Source of the DNA: Oscillospiraceae bacterium
Lineage (GTDB): Bacteria > Bacillota > Clostridia > Oscillospirales > CAG-272
Length of the DNA stretch: 64,000 nucleotides
Assembly: GCA_015063845.1 (NCBI GenBank)
Contig: SVTJ01000005.1
Location: 19,454 to 83,453, forward strand
Reading direction: 5' to 3'
Of this stretch, positions 43,922 to 54,314 are shown in pieces (position 1 is the stretch's first letter; each line of letters starts with the position of its first letter). Under the pieces are notes generated by a model that saw nothing but the letters and a program-made list of their open reading frames with translations, ran no database searches and was not told where the DNA came from. The position numbers and the translations under genes were made by a program.

Positions 43922-44872
43922 TCAATCCCATTTCTTTCTTGTTTTGAGTATGTCGTAAAGCTCGACGTAGCTCTCGTGTCTCGTTCGGGGTATATCTCCT
44001 CGCTTTACCGCCTCTATAATGGCGCAGTCCTGCTCCTTGGTGTGAGAGCACTTGGTGTATCTGCATCCGCCGAGATACGGACGGAACTCACGCATGGTGT
44101 CAAAGAGGTCGTCAAGCTCGAAAAAGTCAAATCTTTTGAAGTCGAGCATTGAGAAGCCGGGTGTGTCGGCTATGTAGCCGCAATCGTGCGAGGAGCTAAG
44201 AGGGAAGAGAGTGACCTCTCTTGTTGTGTGTCTGCCTCGTTCTATCTTGCGGCTGATCTCCGAGGTGGATAGCTCAAGCTCGGGAAAAAGACGGTTAAGA
44301 AGCGTGGACTTTCCGATGCCCGACGCTCCCGCAAAAGCGGCTATCTTACCGTCAAGGTTTTGCTTTATAAATTGGTCTATCGGCTCAACGCCCACGTTTT
44401 CCTTTGCGGAAAGACAAAAGGTGTTAAAGCCGCATTTTGAATATATCGAGTATATCTCGTCAGCCTTTTTTTCGTCAAGCTCTCGCTTGGTTATTACTAT
44501 GACGGGCTCAATGCCGTTGTGCTCGGCGATGCTTATAAGCTTGTCTACGGTCGGAAGTATGGGCGCGGGGGATGCCGCAGCCATTGTTACAAAAAGGTAA
44601 TCGAGATTAGCGAGAGGGGGGCGGATGAGCGCGCTTTTTCTGTCGACTATCTCGTCGATAACAAAATTCGCGTCCTCTGAGCTTGCCTTGTCGCTGTCAA
44701 AGGCTACAAGAACGTTATCTCCCGCCAAAGGCGTGAGATTGTTGTGCCTGAGCGCTCCTCTCGCGCGGCAACGCAGAGTGCTTCCCGAAAGCTCGGAGAG
44801 GCTGTCGGTGACAAGGACTGTATAAAGTCCCCCCACTCCCTTTATTATTTTACCTTTTACCGTTGTTTCCAT
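43922..44872 (-). CDS. rsgA: Ribosome small-subunit-dependent GTPase A
   Basis: Circularly permuted GTPase (VITKRELD .. GASGIGKSTLLN). C-terminal Zn motif CRYTKCSHTKEQDC. Confidence 0.9.
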   Translation of the reverse strand: METTVKGKIIKGVGGLYTVLVTDSLSELSGSTLRCRARGALRHNNLTPLAGDNVLVAFDSDKASSEDANFVIDEIVDRKSALIRPPLANLDYLFVTMAAASPAPILPTVDKLISIAEHNGIEPVIVITKRELDEKKADEIYSIYSKCGFNTFCLSAKENVGVEPIDQFIKQNLDGKIAAFAGASGIGKSTLLNRLFPELELSTSEISRKIERGRHTTREVTLFPLSSSHDCGYIADTPGFSMLDFKRFDFFELDDLFDTMREFRPYLGGCRYTKCSHTKEQDCAIIEAVKRGDIPRTRHESYVELYDILKTRKKWD

Positions 44873-44887
44873 ATAAAACCGTTCCTT

Positions 44888-46141
44888 TTATGAGCTTATG
44901 AAAATATCTATTGAGGTTATAGCAGAGGTCAGAGGGGTGTTCGCGATAGGTGTTTGCGCGACCACCGTGCCCTTTGGAGCTCCGCTTGACACCGAGAAAA
45001 CGCTTCCGAGCACAAGTCCGTATTCTGCAAGCTTTGCGCGCGCCTCGTCTACGCTAAGACCGTAAAGGTCAGGCGCGCTCTTTTGCGAATAGCCGTCGCC
45101 AAGGCTTATGCTCACGTCCACTCTGCTTCCTTTTTCTATCTTTGAATAGGGGGAGTACTGCTGTGATATTATGCTTCCCGCACTCTCCGAGGAAGCCTTA
45201 TAGGTGATGTCTCCGAGCACAAGACCTCTGCTCGCGAGCAGCTCTCTTGCCGCTGCCTCGGTGAGTGAGAACAGGTCGGGGACGCTTGCGAGTATCTTTT
45301 GCTTTCCGAGACTTATCCTGAGCACCAGCGTCTCTCCGTCGAATACCGTCTCTCCCGCCCTCGGTGAGGTGGATATCACCGTTCCCGACGGCACAGCTGT
45401 CGAGTATTCGTAGAGCGTATCTATCGCTACTCCTTCGTTTCGCAGATGCAGAATAGCGTCACGCGCGGAAGAGCCCGAGAGCTCGGTCACCGTATAACTG
45501 TGCTTTCCCGTGCTGAGCGTCAGGGAGAGCTTGCATTTGCCGTCGCCCTTGTAGTGCTTGCGCACAGTTCCCGCGGATGGAGACTGAGAGATTATCTCAC
45601 CCACCGCCGCGTCATCGCTGCTTTTGTACGTCAGCTCGACCTCAAATCTTTGGTCGATAGAGCTTGCCGCCGTCTCGTAGCTCTCTCCGATAAGAGAGGG
45701 GACGGTCAGTCTGTCGTAGGGCATAAGAAATCCGCCGAACAGCAATGCGAGCACTGCAAGCGCGCAAACTACGCCTACGCACAACGTGCCGCACAGTGCA
45801 CCCGAAAGGAAGGACAGCCATTTCTTGTCGTCCGCCTTTTTCTCTCCGAGAGACAAAAGCTTGCGCCTCAAGCGGTTCGCCCTTGCACTAAATGCAGCCG
45901 CAGCTTTTTTTGCGTCGTACACCTTGCGGCGCTTTCTTTGCTGTCTTGCTTTCCTTTGCCTTTTGTCGGGTAGCTCACCGATGGCGAACAGGTCGTCAAA
46001 TCTTATTCTCTCACGTGTACAGTTGTATTCTTGTACGGCGTTGAATGGGCATATAGCCGTTACTTGCTTACGCTTTGCGCGCAAGGACACCCGCCGTTTT
46101 TGTTTTTTTACTGCCTTTATTCTTTTTATCCCGTATCTCAT
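44888..46141 (-). CDS. PASTA-domain membrane protein lacking a kinase domain
   Basis: About 110 aa of Lys/Arg-rich N-terminus, one TM helix (LCGTLCVGVVCALAVLALLFGGF), then four PASTA-like repeats. No Hanks kinase motifs. Confidence 0.75.
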   Translation of the reverse strand: MRYGIKRIKAVKKQKRRVSLRAKRKQVTAICPFNAVQEYNCTRERIRFDDLFAIGELPDKRQRKARQQRKRRKVYDAKKAAAAFSARANRLRRKLLSLGEKKADDKKWLSFLSGALCGTLCVGVVCALAVLALLFGGFLMPYDRLTVPSLIGESYETAASSIDQRFEVELTYKSSDDAAVGEIISQSPSAGTVRKHYKGDGKCKLSLTLSTGKHSYTVTELSGSSARDAILHLRNEGVAIDTLYEYSTAVPSGTVISTSPRAGETVFDGETLVLRISLGKQKILASVPDLFSLTEAAARELLASRGLVLGDITYKASSESAGSIISQQYSPYSKIEKGSRVDVSISLGDGYSQKSAPDLYGLSVDEARAKLAEYGLVLGSVFSVSSGAPKGTVVAQTPIANTPLTSAITSIDIFISS

Positions 46142-46191
46142 AGCTCCGCCTTGATTTTAAATATGTACAGCGAGCTATTGACAGGGTGGTC

Positions 46192-47271
46192 TTAGCCGTT
46201 CTTTTGCTCCTCCTCGCGGCGTAGCTGACCGCAGGAAGCGTTTATGTCCGCGCCGAGACGGCGGCGCACCGTCGCGCGTATGCCTTTTTTCTCAAGCGTT
46301 TCTGCAAAGCGCTCGACCGTTTTTTTATCCGAGCTTGAAAATCCCGTTTCGTCAACGGGGTTTACGGGGATAAGATTTACGTGGATAGGCATAGTGTCTC
46401 CGACACCTCTCAATCGAGAGTTGAGAAGTGCGGCGAGAGCCAAAGCGCCCTCTTTGGTGTCGTTTTTACCCGATATAAGCGTGTATTCAAACGAGATACG
46501 TCTGCCCGTCTTTGCAAAATAGCTCTTGCAGGACGAGAGAAGTCTGTCGATATTCCACTTTTTATTTACGGGCATTATACTGCTTCTTATAGCGTCGTCG
46601 TATGCGTGAAGAGAGATAGAGAGCGTTATGGGAAGATCGAGCTTTGCGAGCTCGTCTATCTTGTCGGCAAGACCGCAGGTGGAGAGGGAGATATGGCGGT
46701 ATCCGATATTCAAGCCGTCCTCGCAGTTGACGAGCCTTAAAAAGCGAACGACGTTTTTGTAGTTGTCGAGCGGCTCGCCGATACCCATCATGACAACGTT
46801 GGATATGCGCTCTCCCATATCCTTCTCTGCGGCGATTATCTGACCGAGCATTTCCGAGGGGAGAAGGTCGCGCACCTTGCCGCCGATCGTCGAGGCGCAG
46901 AAAGCGCAGCCCATACGGCAGCCTACCTGAGAGGAGATACATATGGTATTTCCGTGCTTGTATTTCATCACGACGCTCTCTACCGAGTTGCCGTCTGCCA
47001 GCCCGAAAAGATACTTGACCGTGCCGTCGATAGCTGACACCAGCTTTTTTCTCACGGCGGGCAGGGAATACACAGCGACCGTATCCAGCTTTGCCACAAG
47101 TGCCTTTCCAACGTTGGATATCTCAGCGGGAGATACGCCCTTGTGCATGGGAGCGAACAGCTGCTTTGCTCTGTATTTCGGTTCTCCGAGCGACAAAACA
47201 AGCTCCTCAAGCTCGTTTGGCAAAAGAGAGAGGAGATCTTGCTTTTCGTTTATCGAATAGTCCATGTTCAT
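46192..47271 (-). CDS. rlmN: 23S rRNA/tRNA (adenine-C2)-methyltransferase RlmN
   Basis: Radical SAM motif CRMGCAFC, YRAKQLF near the N-terminus, C-terminal SCGQL. Confidence 0.9.
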   Translation of the reverse strand: MNMDYSINEKQDLLSLLPNELEELVLSLGEPKYRAKQLFAPMHKGVSPAEISNVGKALVAKLDTVAVYSLPAVRKKLVSAIDGTVKYLFGLADGNSVESVVMKYKHGNTICISSQVGCRMGCAFCASTIGGKVRDLLPSEMLGQIIAAEKDMGERISNVVMMGIGEPLDNYKNVVRFLRLVNCEDGLNIGYRHISLSTCGLADKIDELAKLDLPITLSISLHAYDDAIRSSIMPVNKKWNIDRLLSSCKSYFAKTGRRISFEYTLISGKNDTKEGALALAALLNSRLRGVGDTMPIHVNLIPVNPVDETGFSSSDKKTVERFAETLEKKGIRATVRRRLGADINASCGQLRREEEQKNG

Positions 47272-48581
47272 AGTTGTTTTCCTTTTGTAAGCTTAGCTAT
47301 AAAAAATCCGTCGGTTGGATACTTATCGGGCAAAAGCGTGATATATCCTTCGGATACGTCAAGCGCGCCCGCCTTAAAGGGAGTAAGTGAAAAATCGCTG
47401 TGTCTTTCGAGAAAACGGCGTACATTTTGCTCGTTTTCCTCGGGAAAGACCGTGCAGGTGGAATAGACAAGCGTGCCGCCGTCCTTTACGTAACGGCAGG
47501 CGTTTTCCAATATCGCAAGCTGGATATCGGGAAGCGCCGCACTCGTCTTAGGGTCCTTATATCTTAGCTCGGGCTTTTTTGAGAGCACTCCAAAGCCTGA
47601 GCATGGAACGTCGCAAAGCACTCTGTCGGCTGCCCCGAAGTACTTCTCAAGAGGTATTCTTCCGTCCTGCTCCGATACGTTGATGATATCTATACCAAGC
47701 CTCTGCGCGCTCTTAAGCACAAGCGAGAGCTTGCTTGCGTGAAGGTCGAATGCAAGTATGCGACCTTTGTTTTTCATATTTATTGCCGCGCCGAAGCTCT
47801 TAGAGCCGGGGCACGCGCAAATGTCCATGACCGTCTCTCCCTCGCACGCGCCGAGAGCCTCGACACACAGCTGAGACGCTTCGTCCTGAACGAAGAAAAG
47901 GCCGTCGTCAAATCCAAAAAGCTCGCGAACAGCCCCCCTTGCGTATATCGCGTGAGGGGAGAGCTCGCCCCTTGCCGCTCCGTCTATGCGCGATATCAGG
48001 TCATCCACGCTTGCTTTTTGCGTGTTTACCCTCAGCGTAGTCGGTGCTTGACGGCAAAAGGCATCGAGAATACTCTCAGCGCGCTCGCCGCCGTAAACGC
48101 CGACAAATTTTTCGCAAAGCGGTTCAGCGACCGAATATTTTACCGAGAGATACTTTATAAAATCATTCTCTCTATCGGGGAGCGGCATATCCGCGCTTCT
48201 TGTATAAGAGCGCAGAATAGCGTTTACAAAGCCGCGTGTGCGGCGTGGGCAAAGCTCCACCGTCTCGTTTATTGCCGCGTGCGGCGGTATCTTGTCCATA
48301 AAGGCAAGCTGATATATCCCAAGCCTCAGAACGCACAGCGTATGCGAGTCCATCTGCCCGATAGGGCGGCTGGAGAGGTGAGAGATGCGATAGTCAAGAG
48401 AGATGCGCTTTTCGATAACTCCGTAAAAGAGAGCTGACGTAAGCCTTTTGTCGGCATCGGAGAGCGTCTGCTTTTCAAGAGCCTTATCAAGTGCGATGTT
48501 TGAAAACTGCTCGGAGCGCTCCGCCTTGATGAGCAGCTCGAGAGCGACGGCGCGAGCGCTTGCGTTAGTCGAAGCAGCCAT
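47268..48581 (-). CDS. rsmB: 16S rRNA (cytosine967-C5)-methyltransferase RsmB
   Basis: NusB-like N-domain and SAM-methyltransferase motifs DICACPGSKS, DVPCSGFG and YSTCT. Confidence 0.9.
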   Translation of the reverse strand: MAASTNASARAVALELLIKAERSEQFSNIALDKALEKQTLSDADKRLTSALFYGVIEKRISLDYRISHLSSRPIGQMDSHTLCVLRLGIYQLAFMDKIPPHAAINETVELCPRRTRGFVNAILRSYTRSADMPLPDRENDFIKYLSVKYSVAEPLCEKFVGVYGGERAESILDAFCRQAPTTLRVNTQKASVDDLISRIDGAARGELSPHAIYARGAVRELFGFDDGLFFVQDEASQLCVEALGACEGETVMDICACPGSKSFGAAINMKNKGRILAFDLHASKLSLVLKSAQRLGIDIINVSEQDGRIPLEKYFGAADRVLCDVPCSGFGVLSKKPELRYKDPKTSAALPDIQLAILENACRYVKDGGTLVYSTCTVFPEENEQNVRRFLERHSDFSLTPFKAGALDVSEGYITLLPDKYPTDGFFIAKLTKGKQL

Positions 48582-49276
48582 CAGCGTCTCCTTGAATTTC
48601 CGCCTGCCAATATAATAAGCCTCAACAGCGTAAGCAGGGAAGTCAGAAGAGCGGCAACGTAGGTCATAGCGGCTGCGCTCAATACCTTTTTAGCGCCCGA
48701 GAGCTCGGTCTCGTCGAGCATTTTTGAATTTTTGAGAGTTGCGAGAGCCCTTGCCGATGCGTTAAACTCAACCGGGAGAGTAACGAGCTGGAAAAGAGCT
48801 ACCGTGGAATAAAGGATTATACCAAATAACATAAGCGGCTGAAACGTCATGATAAGACCCACGAAAAAGAGGGGGATAGACAGCATCGAGCCATATCTTG
48901 AGATAGGGATAATCGTACTTCTGAGCTTTATGGGCGAATAATCCTGCGCGTACTGTATAGCGTGTCCCGCCTCGTGCGCGGCAACGCCGACGGCAGCTGT
49001 ACTTGGGCTGTCGAAAACGCTGTCGGAAAGTCTTATGACGTTAGCGCGGGGGTCGTAGTGGTCGGTCAAGTGACCGCGTACGCGTTCTATTTTGACGTAG
49101 TGTAGTCCGTTTGCGTCAAGAATAGTTCTTGCCGCGGAGTAGCCCGTCATACGTCTTTTGGTAAAGACCTTGGAATATTTTTTAAAGGTGGACGACACCT
49201 TTATCTGCGCCCAGATAGAAATTATCAGCGCGGGGATAATGAGAAGTATCGTCGGGTCGAAATAAAACCTAAGCAT
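48581..49276 (-). CDS. Membrane zinc metallopeptidase (YugP/Zn_peptidase_2-like)
   Basis: HEAGHA (HExxH) motif, with N- and C-terminal TM helices. Confidence 0.75.
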   Translation of the reverse strand: MLRFYFDPTILLIIPALIISIWAQIKVSSTFKKYSKVFTKRRMTGYSAARTILDANGLHYVKIERVRGHLTDHYDPRANVIRLSDSVFDSPSTAAVGVAAHEAGHAIQYAQDYSPIKLRSTIIPISRYGSMLSIPLFFVGLIMTFQPLMLFGIILYSTVALFQLVTLPVEFNASARALATLKNSKMLDETELSGAKKVLSAAAMTYVAALLTSLLTLLRLIILAGGNSRRR

Positions 49277-49390
49277 TTTTCCTCCGAAAAAAAGGTAGTA
49301 TTTGTGGAGCGGTGAATTTAACGGTCATACTGTGCGTATAGGCGCGATGTCTCCCCTGCAAAAGCTTATGATATGCAGGCAAACTTCGAG

Positions 49391-50323
49391 CTATCTCAGC
49401 ACGTCGCCCGTAGATATCCTTCTGCCTCGTACGAAGTCGGACGCAGCCATTCTCGGCTTGCCCTCGGGAAGCACCTTGAGTATCCTTAACACGCCCTTGC
49501 CGCAAGCGACACATATGCCGCTCTCGGTACAGATCACCTCTCCCGCCTTGCCGTGCTCGCCGTCCTCGTTTGCCACCTCCGCGGCAACGATTTTAAGCAG
49601 CTTTCCGTCGGGCATATGGGTAAACGACAGCGGAATGGGGGAAAGACCTCTTATAAGATTGTGGATAGAGCGCGCGTCGCAGCTCCAATTGATAACGCAA
49701 TCCTCTTTGGTTATCTTTGAGGTGTGCGTTGCAAGAGAATGGTCCTGCGGCTCAGCAACTATGCTACCGTTTGCAAGCCCCTCAAGTGTCTTGACTATAA
49801 GCTTGCCGCCACATTCTCCAAGCTTGTCGTGTATATCCTCGAAATTATCGTTTTCTTCGATCGTGACGGTGTCCTTGAGAAGCATATCGCCCGTGTCAAG
49901 TCCCTCTGCCATATACATAGTGGTGACACCCGTGAAAGGCTTGCCGTCGATTATTGCTCTCTGCATAGGAGCGGCTCCTCTATATTCGGGTAGAAGCGAG
50001 CCGTGAACATTTACACAACCGTACTTCGGGTAGTCAAGTACGTTCTTGGGAAGCAGCTTTCCGTATGCCACAACAACGATGATGTCGGGGTCGAGAGAGC
50101 GGAGAAGCTCTTCAAACTCCTCGCCTCTGAGTGTCGCGGGCTGATATACGGGAATGCCATTCTCGAGAGCAAACACCTTAACGGGCGGGGGAGTGAGCGT
50201 ATAGCCTCTGCCCTTTGGCTTGTCGGGTTGTGTGACAACGCCGATTATCTCGTGCTCGGTTTTGAAAAGCGCCTTGAGCGAGAACAGCGCGAAGTCGGGT
50301 GTGCCCATAAAAAGTATTTTCAT
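49391..50323 (-). CDS. fmt: Methionyl-tRNA formyltransferase
   Basis: MKILFMGTPDFA.., NVHGSLLPEYRGAAP motif. Confidence 0.95.
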   Translation of the reverse strand: MKILFMGTPDFALFSLKALFKTEHEIIGVVTQPDKPKGRGYTLTPPPVKVFALENGIPVYQPATLRGEEFEELLRSLDPDIIVVVAYGKLLPKNVLDYPKYGCVNVHGSLLPEYRGAAPMQRAIIDGKPFTGVTTMYMAEGLDTGDMLLKDTVTIEENDNFEDIHDKLGECGGKLIVKTLEGLANGSIVAEPQDHSLATHTSKITKEDCVINWSCDARSIHNLIRGLSPIPLSFTHMPDGKLLKIVAAEVANEDGEHGKAGEVICTESGICVACGKGVLRILKVLPEGKPRMAASDFVRGRRISTGDVLR

Positions 50324-50332
50324 AGCGCCACC

Positions 50333-50785
50333 TCAGTTGTCTATCATTTCTGCGATATCTATATAGAGCTTACCGTCAAGATGGTCTAGCTCGTGACAGA
50401 ACGCCTTTGCGAGAAGTTCTGAGCCTGTGTAGTCGACAGTTTCGCCTTTTCTGTTCATAGCGCGTACTGTGACATGCATAGGGCGCTTTGTGATACCCCA
50501 TCTGCCGGGAACGGAAAGGCAGCCCTCTTCGCTCTCCTGCTCACCCGAATATGCGATTATCTTGGGGTTGATGAGTTCGAAAAGGCCTTCGTCGGGTGTT
50601 TCTATTACAACTACTCTGCGAAGCACTCCCACCTGAGGTGCGGCAAGTCCGACACCGTCGGCTGCGCGCATAGTATCTATCATATCGTCAAGAAGCGTGA
50701 GTATACGGGGAGTTATCTTATCAACGGGACGGCACACCTTTCTGAGTGTCTCGTCTCCTACTTTAAGTATTTTCAGCTTTGCCAT
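50333..50785 (-). CDS. def: Peptide deformylase
   Basis: GVGLAAPQVG, EGCLSVPG and HELDHLDG motifs. Confidence 0.95.
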   Translation of the reverse strand: MAKLKILKVGDETLRKVCRPVDKITPRILTLLDDMIDTMRAADGVGLAAPQVGVLRRVVVIETPDEGLFELINPKIIAYSGEQESEEGCLSVPGRWGITKRPMHVTVRAMNRKGETVDYTGSELLAKAFCHELDHLDGKLYIDIAEMIDN

Positions 50786-50810
50786 AAATTATCTCCTGAA
50801 TTTTAAAAAG

Positions 50811-53300
50811 TTACAAATTTGTGGGGTTAATATCAACGGACAGAGAAAGTCCCTTTGCTCCCGAGCCCGAGAAGTATTTGAGGGTGTCTGAGAGCATTGC
50901 TCGCGAACGCTTGTTTATGCGGCATTTTATCACCATACGCATACGGTATTTTCCCTCTACCTTGTATACGGGTGCTTCAAACGGACCGTAAACGACCAGC
51001 GGCAGGTCGGAATATTCTCCCTTCATATGCTCGCTGATCTTTTCGGAGAGCAGGGCAGATGCCTTAAGCAGCTCCTTTTCGTCGGGTGAGGTCAGCGTCA
51101 GCAGCGCGATATCGCAGAACGGCGGAAAAACGAGAAGCTTACGTATCTTTATCTCGCTTTCGTAGAATGCCCTGTAATCCTGCGCGCAGGCAAGACGAAT
51201 GCACTCGTTGTCGGGGTTGTTGGTCTGTATAAGCGCAACTCCTTTTTTCTTGGAGCGTCCCGCTCTGCCTATTACCTGCGTAAGCATCGCAAAAGTGCGC
51301 TCTCCCGCTCGGTAGTCGTCAATATAAAGCGACGCGTCCGCCAGCAGAACTCCAACCAGCGTAACGTCGGGGAAGTCGTGTCCCTTTGTCACCATCTGCG
51401 TGCCTAGAAGCACATCTGCCTCGTGTCTGCGGAATTTGCCGAGCAGAGTTTCGTACGAGTTCTTCGCGCCCGTGGTGTCTGTGTCCATTCTCAGCACGCG
51501 CGCGTCGGGCATAAGAGAGCTCAGCTCCTGCTCGACCCTTTGCGTTCCGTATCCCATCTTGGCGAGATGCTCTCCGCCGCAGGAAGGGCAGGTCTTGGGC
51601 ACGGGAAGTCTTCTGCCACACCAATGGCAGGCGAGATATCCGCTTTCATACGAGCCCGCGTTTGTGTGATAGGTCATCGACACACTGCACTCGGGGCATT
51701 TTATCGCCTCTCCGCAGGTACGGCAGCTTATAAAATTGTTATATCCACGTCTGTTTATAAAGAGGATAGACTGGTCATTCGCGTTTTTGTTGTCGATCAG
51801 GCTCTTGCACAACTTCCAGCCGAGAGGAGAGGTGTTTCCTATCTTTATCTCCTCACGCATATCGACTATCTCGGTCGTTGGCAGAGTTGCTCCGCCGTAG
51901 CGGTTTTTAAGCTCAACGAGCGTGTATTTACCGTCAAGCGCTTTTTTGTAGCTCTCAAACGACGGCGTGGCAGATGCCAGCAGCATTAGAGCCTTGTTGT
52001 ACGCGCAACGGTAACGCGCAACGTCCCTTGTGTGATACTTGGGGTTCATATCGGATTTGTAAGTGTGCTCCTGCTCCTCGTCTATGATGATAAGTCCGAG
52101 GTCACGTACGGGAGCGAACACCGCCGAGCGCGTGCCTATGACAACGTCAGCGCGTCCCTCTTTTATCTTTTTGTGGGTGTCAAAGCGTTCTCCCGCGGAA
52201 AGACCCGAGTGAATGACCGCAACACGGTCTCCGTATCTCGAGCAGAATATTCCCAAGGACTGGGGGGTGAGCGCTATCTCGGGAAGCAAAACGATGACCG
52301 AGCGAGCCGTGTCGAGCACGTGGTCGATAAGCTTTATCATAACGCTTGTCTTGCCGCTTCCCGTAACTCCATGAAGCAGCGCACCGTGCGCCTCGCCCGA
52401 ACCTGAAAGCTCGGCAAGCTTTTCGAATGCCGCCGTCTGCTCCTCGTTGAGTATTATTTCCTTTGTCGCATTCTCGTTGATATCTGCCTGCGTGAGCGCT
52501 TGGCTGCGGTCGACCGTCTTCTTTTGGCAGGCGACGAGCCCCTTTTCAACAAGAGCGGTAAGCTGTGTTTTAGTCGCGCCGCACGCCTCGAGAAGCTGCT
52601 TCTCCTCGGTCTGCGCGCTTGTGTCGGTAAGATACGCGAGTATGCTCGCTTGCTTTGCGGAGCGAAGCTTTAGCGTGTCGTTTCCGTTCAGTATATCCGC
52701 CGCTCTTTCCTTTGATACGGCGAGTGAGTAGTATTCCTCATATTTCTCGGACGTGCTCTTTAGCGTGTGATCCTGTCTGATAAGCCCCGCAGCCAACAGC
52801 TTTTTGACCGAGCTCTGCGCCGCAGAGCCGAATTTTGTCTTCAAGGAGCTTGCCGTCACACAGCCCTTTTTTCTTATATAGTCGCAAACGAGCGCAACTG
52901 TCGCGTCGAGTATCGGAGCATCTGTTACGTCTTCGCAAAAAACGAAGGTCTGTTCGAGCTTTGAGAGCACAGACGTCGGCGCCATAGCTCTCACAGCATC
53001 GCCAAAGGTGCAAAGCGTTTGCTCCTTTACAAAGGAACAAAGCCCGAGTGCCTCGTCCGAGAGCGACATAGACCTGTCGCACACAGAGAGTACGGGCTTA
53101 CATTCTATTGAGCTTTTTTCGGGACGGTCCTTAAGAGAGATGACCACGCCGAGCTTTGCTCGGTTTGCCGTGCCGAAAGGGACAGTCACAAAATCTCCGC
53201 AGAGAATATCACGGCGGAGATCTGGCGGTATATAATAATCAAACGCATAGTCTATGCTATACGGCGCATCAAGAATATAGATGCCTGCGTATTCGGACAT
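50811..53300 (-). CDS. priA: Primosomal protein N' (replication restart helicase PriA)
   Basis: Walker A GVTGSGKT, DEEQE box, and Cys-rich Zn-binding insert (CRTCGEAIKCPECSVSMTYH..CHWCG..CPSCG). Confidence 0.95.
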   Translation of the reverse strand: MSEYAGIYILDAPYSIDYAFDYYIPPDLRRDILCGDFVTVPFGTANRAKLGVVISLKDRPEKSSIECKPVLSVCDRSMSLSDEALGLCSFVKEQTLCTFGDAVRAMAPTSVLSKLEQTFVFCEDVTDAPILDATVALVCDYIRKKGCVTASSLKTKFGSAAQSSVKKLLAAGLIRQDHTLKSTSEKYEEYYSLAVSKERAADILNGNDTLKLRSAKQASILAYLTDTSAQTEEKQLLEACGATKTQLTALVEKGLVACQKKTVDRSQALTQADINENATKEIILNEEQTAAFEKLAELSGSGEAHGALLHGVTGSGKTSVMIKLIDHVLDTARSVIVLLPEIALTPQSLGIFCSRYGDRVAVIHSGLSAGERFDTHKKIKEGRADVVIGTRSAVFAPVRDLGLIIIDEEQEHTYKSDMNPKYHTRDVARYRCAYNKALMLLASATPSFESYKKALDGKYTLVELKNRYGGATLPTTEIVDMREEIKIGNTSPLGWKLCKSLIDNKNANDQSILFINRRGYNNFISCRTCGEAIKCPECSVSMTYHTNAGSYESGYLACHWCGRRLPVPKTCPSCGGEHLAKMGYGTQRVEQELSSLMPDARVLRMDTDTTGAKNSYETLLGKFRRHEADVLLGTQMVTKGHDFPDVTLVGVLLADASLYIDDYRAGERTFAMLTQVIGRAGRSKKKGVALIQTNNPDNECIRLACAQDYRAFYESEIKIRKLLVFPPFCDIALLTLTSPDEKELLKASALLSEKISEHMKGEYSDLPLVVYGPFEAPVYKVEGKYRMRMVIKCRINKRSRAMLSDTLKYFSGSGAKGLSLSVDINPTNL

Positions 53301-53323
53301 AATATCCTCCGAGATTGATTTTT

Positions 53324-53644
53324 TTAGTCGTTCTGCTCGGATTCGATCGTCTGCTCTTCGGCAGCCTCGGTCTCTTCGGTCTCCTCAACTCTTACTATCT
53401 TGAAAGTACCGTCATAGATCTTGGAGATAGCGTTCTTAACAGCCTTCTCGTCACGGTATTCCTTGTTTATCATATTGATGAGATTACGTTCGGTCTCCTT
53501 GTTGCCCGCAGATGCCTTCTGCGCTGCCTCTTTCTGCTCAACGTATTCATCTGTTATGATACGCGCGCACTTAGCGGTAGCGAGAGCAAGCTCGTAACGG
53601 TTAAATTCGTCCTTTGTAAGCTGATCGATTGTTGGGTAAAGCAT
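53324..53644 (-). CDS. rpoZ: DNA-directed RNA polymerase subunit omega
   Basis: MLYPTIDQLTKDEFNRYELALATAKCARIIT.. Located between gmk and priA. Confidence 0.85.
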   Translation of the reverse strand: MLYPTIDQLTKDEFNRYELALATAKCARIITDEYVEQKEAAQKASAGNKETERNLINMINKEYRDEKAVKNAISKIYDGTFKIVRVEETEETEAAEEQTIESEQND

Positions 53645-53698
53645 TTTTTGTTCTCCTTAATGAAAAATTGATATATTGATTGAATGTTGATATACTAA

Positions 53699-54307
53699 TT
53701 ATATTCCCAAATAGTCTTCCGCAATTCGCTTGTTTCGGGAAACTGCGCAGTGCTCTGCGCTTATTATCGAGAGTATCTGCTCGGCAGCCTCGGCATCCTT
53801 GCCGTCGTGATTGTAAACCACGTAGTCGTAATCGTTTGCGCAGTATATCTCTTCCTTGGCTCTCGCGAGACGCTCAAGTATCTTTTGCTCGCTCTCGGTG
53901 CCTCTGCCGCGAAGTCTTTGCTCCTGAACGGCATACGATGGGGGAAGAAGCATAACGAGTACCGCATCGGGGTACTTTGCCTTTACGTTTCTCGCTCCCT
54001 CGACCTCTATCTCGAGAATGAGATTTTTGCCCGAGTGCAGCACGTCCTCTGCCTCTTTTAAGGGAGTTCCGTAGTAGTTGCCGCAATACTCGGTGTATTC
54101 AAGCATTTCTCCGCGCTCTATGCGGCAGAGAAAATCCTCTTTGGTGATGTAGTGATAGTTGACACCGTCCACCTCACCGGGTCTTGGCGCGCGTGTCGTC
54201 GCGGAGACCGAGTATTCAAAATCCTCTCTTTTGAGAAGATGCGCGTTTACAGTGCCCTTGCCGCTTCCTGCGGGTCCTGAGATAACTAATAAAAGTCCTT
54301 TTTTCAT
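53699..54307 (-). CDS. gmk: Guanylate kinase
   Basis: P-loop ISGPAGSGKGT, followed by SATTRAPRPGEVDGVNYHY. Confidence 0.95.
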   Translation of the reverse strand: MKKGLLLVISGPAGSGKGTVNAHLLKREDFEYSVSATTRAPRPGEVDGVNYHYITKEDFLCRIERGEMLEYTEYCGNYYGTPLKEAEDVLHSGKNLILEIEVEGARNVKAKYPDAVLVMLLPPSYAVQEQRLRGRGTESEQKILERLARAKEEIYCANDYDYVVYNHDGKDAEAAEQILSIISAEHCAVSRNKRIAEDYLGI

Positions 54308-54314
54308 TTTTTGA

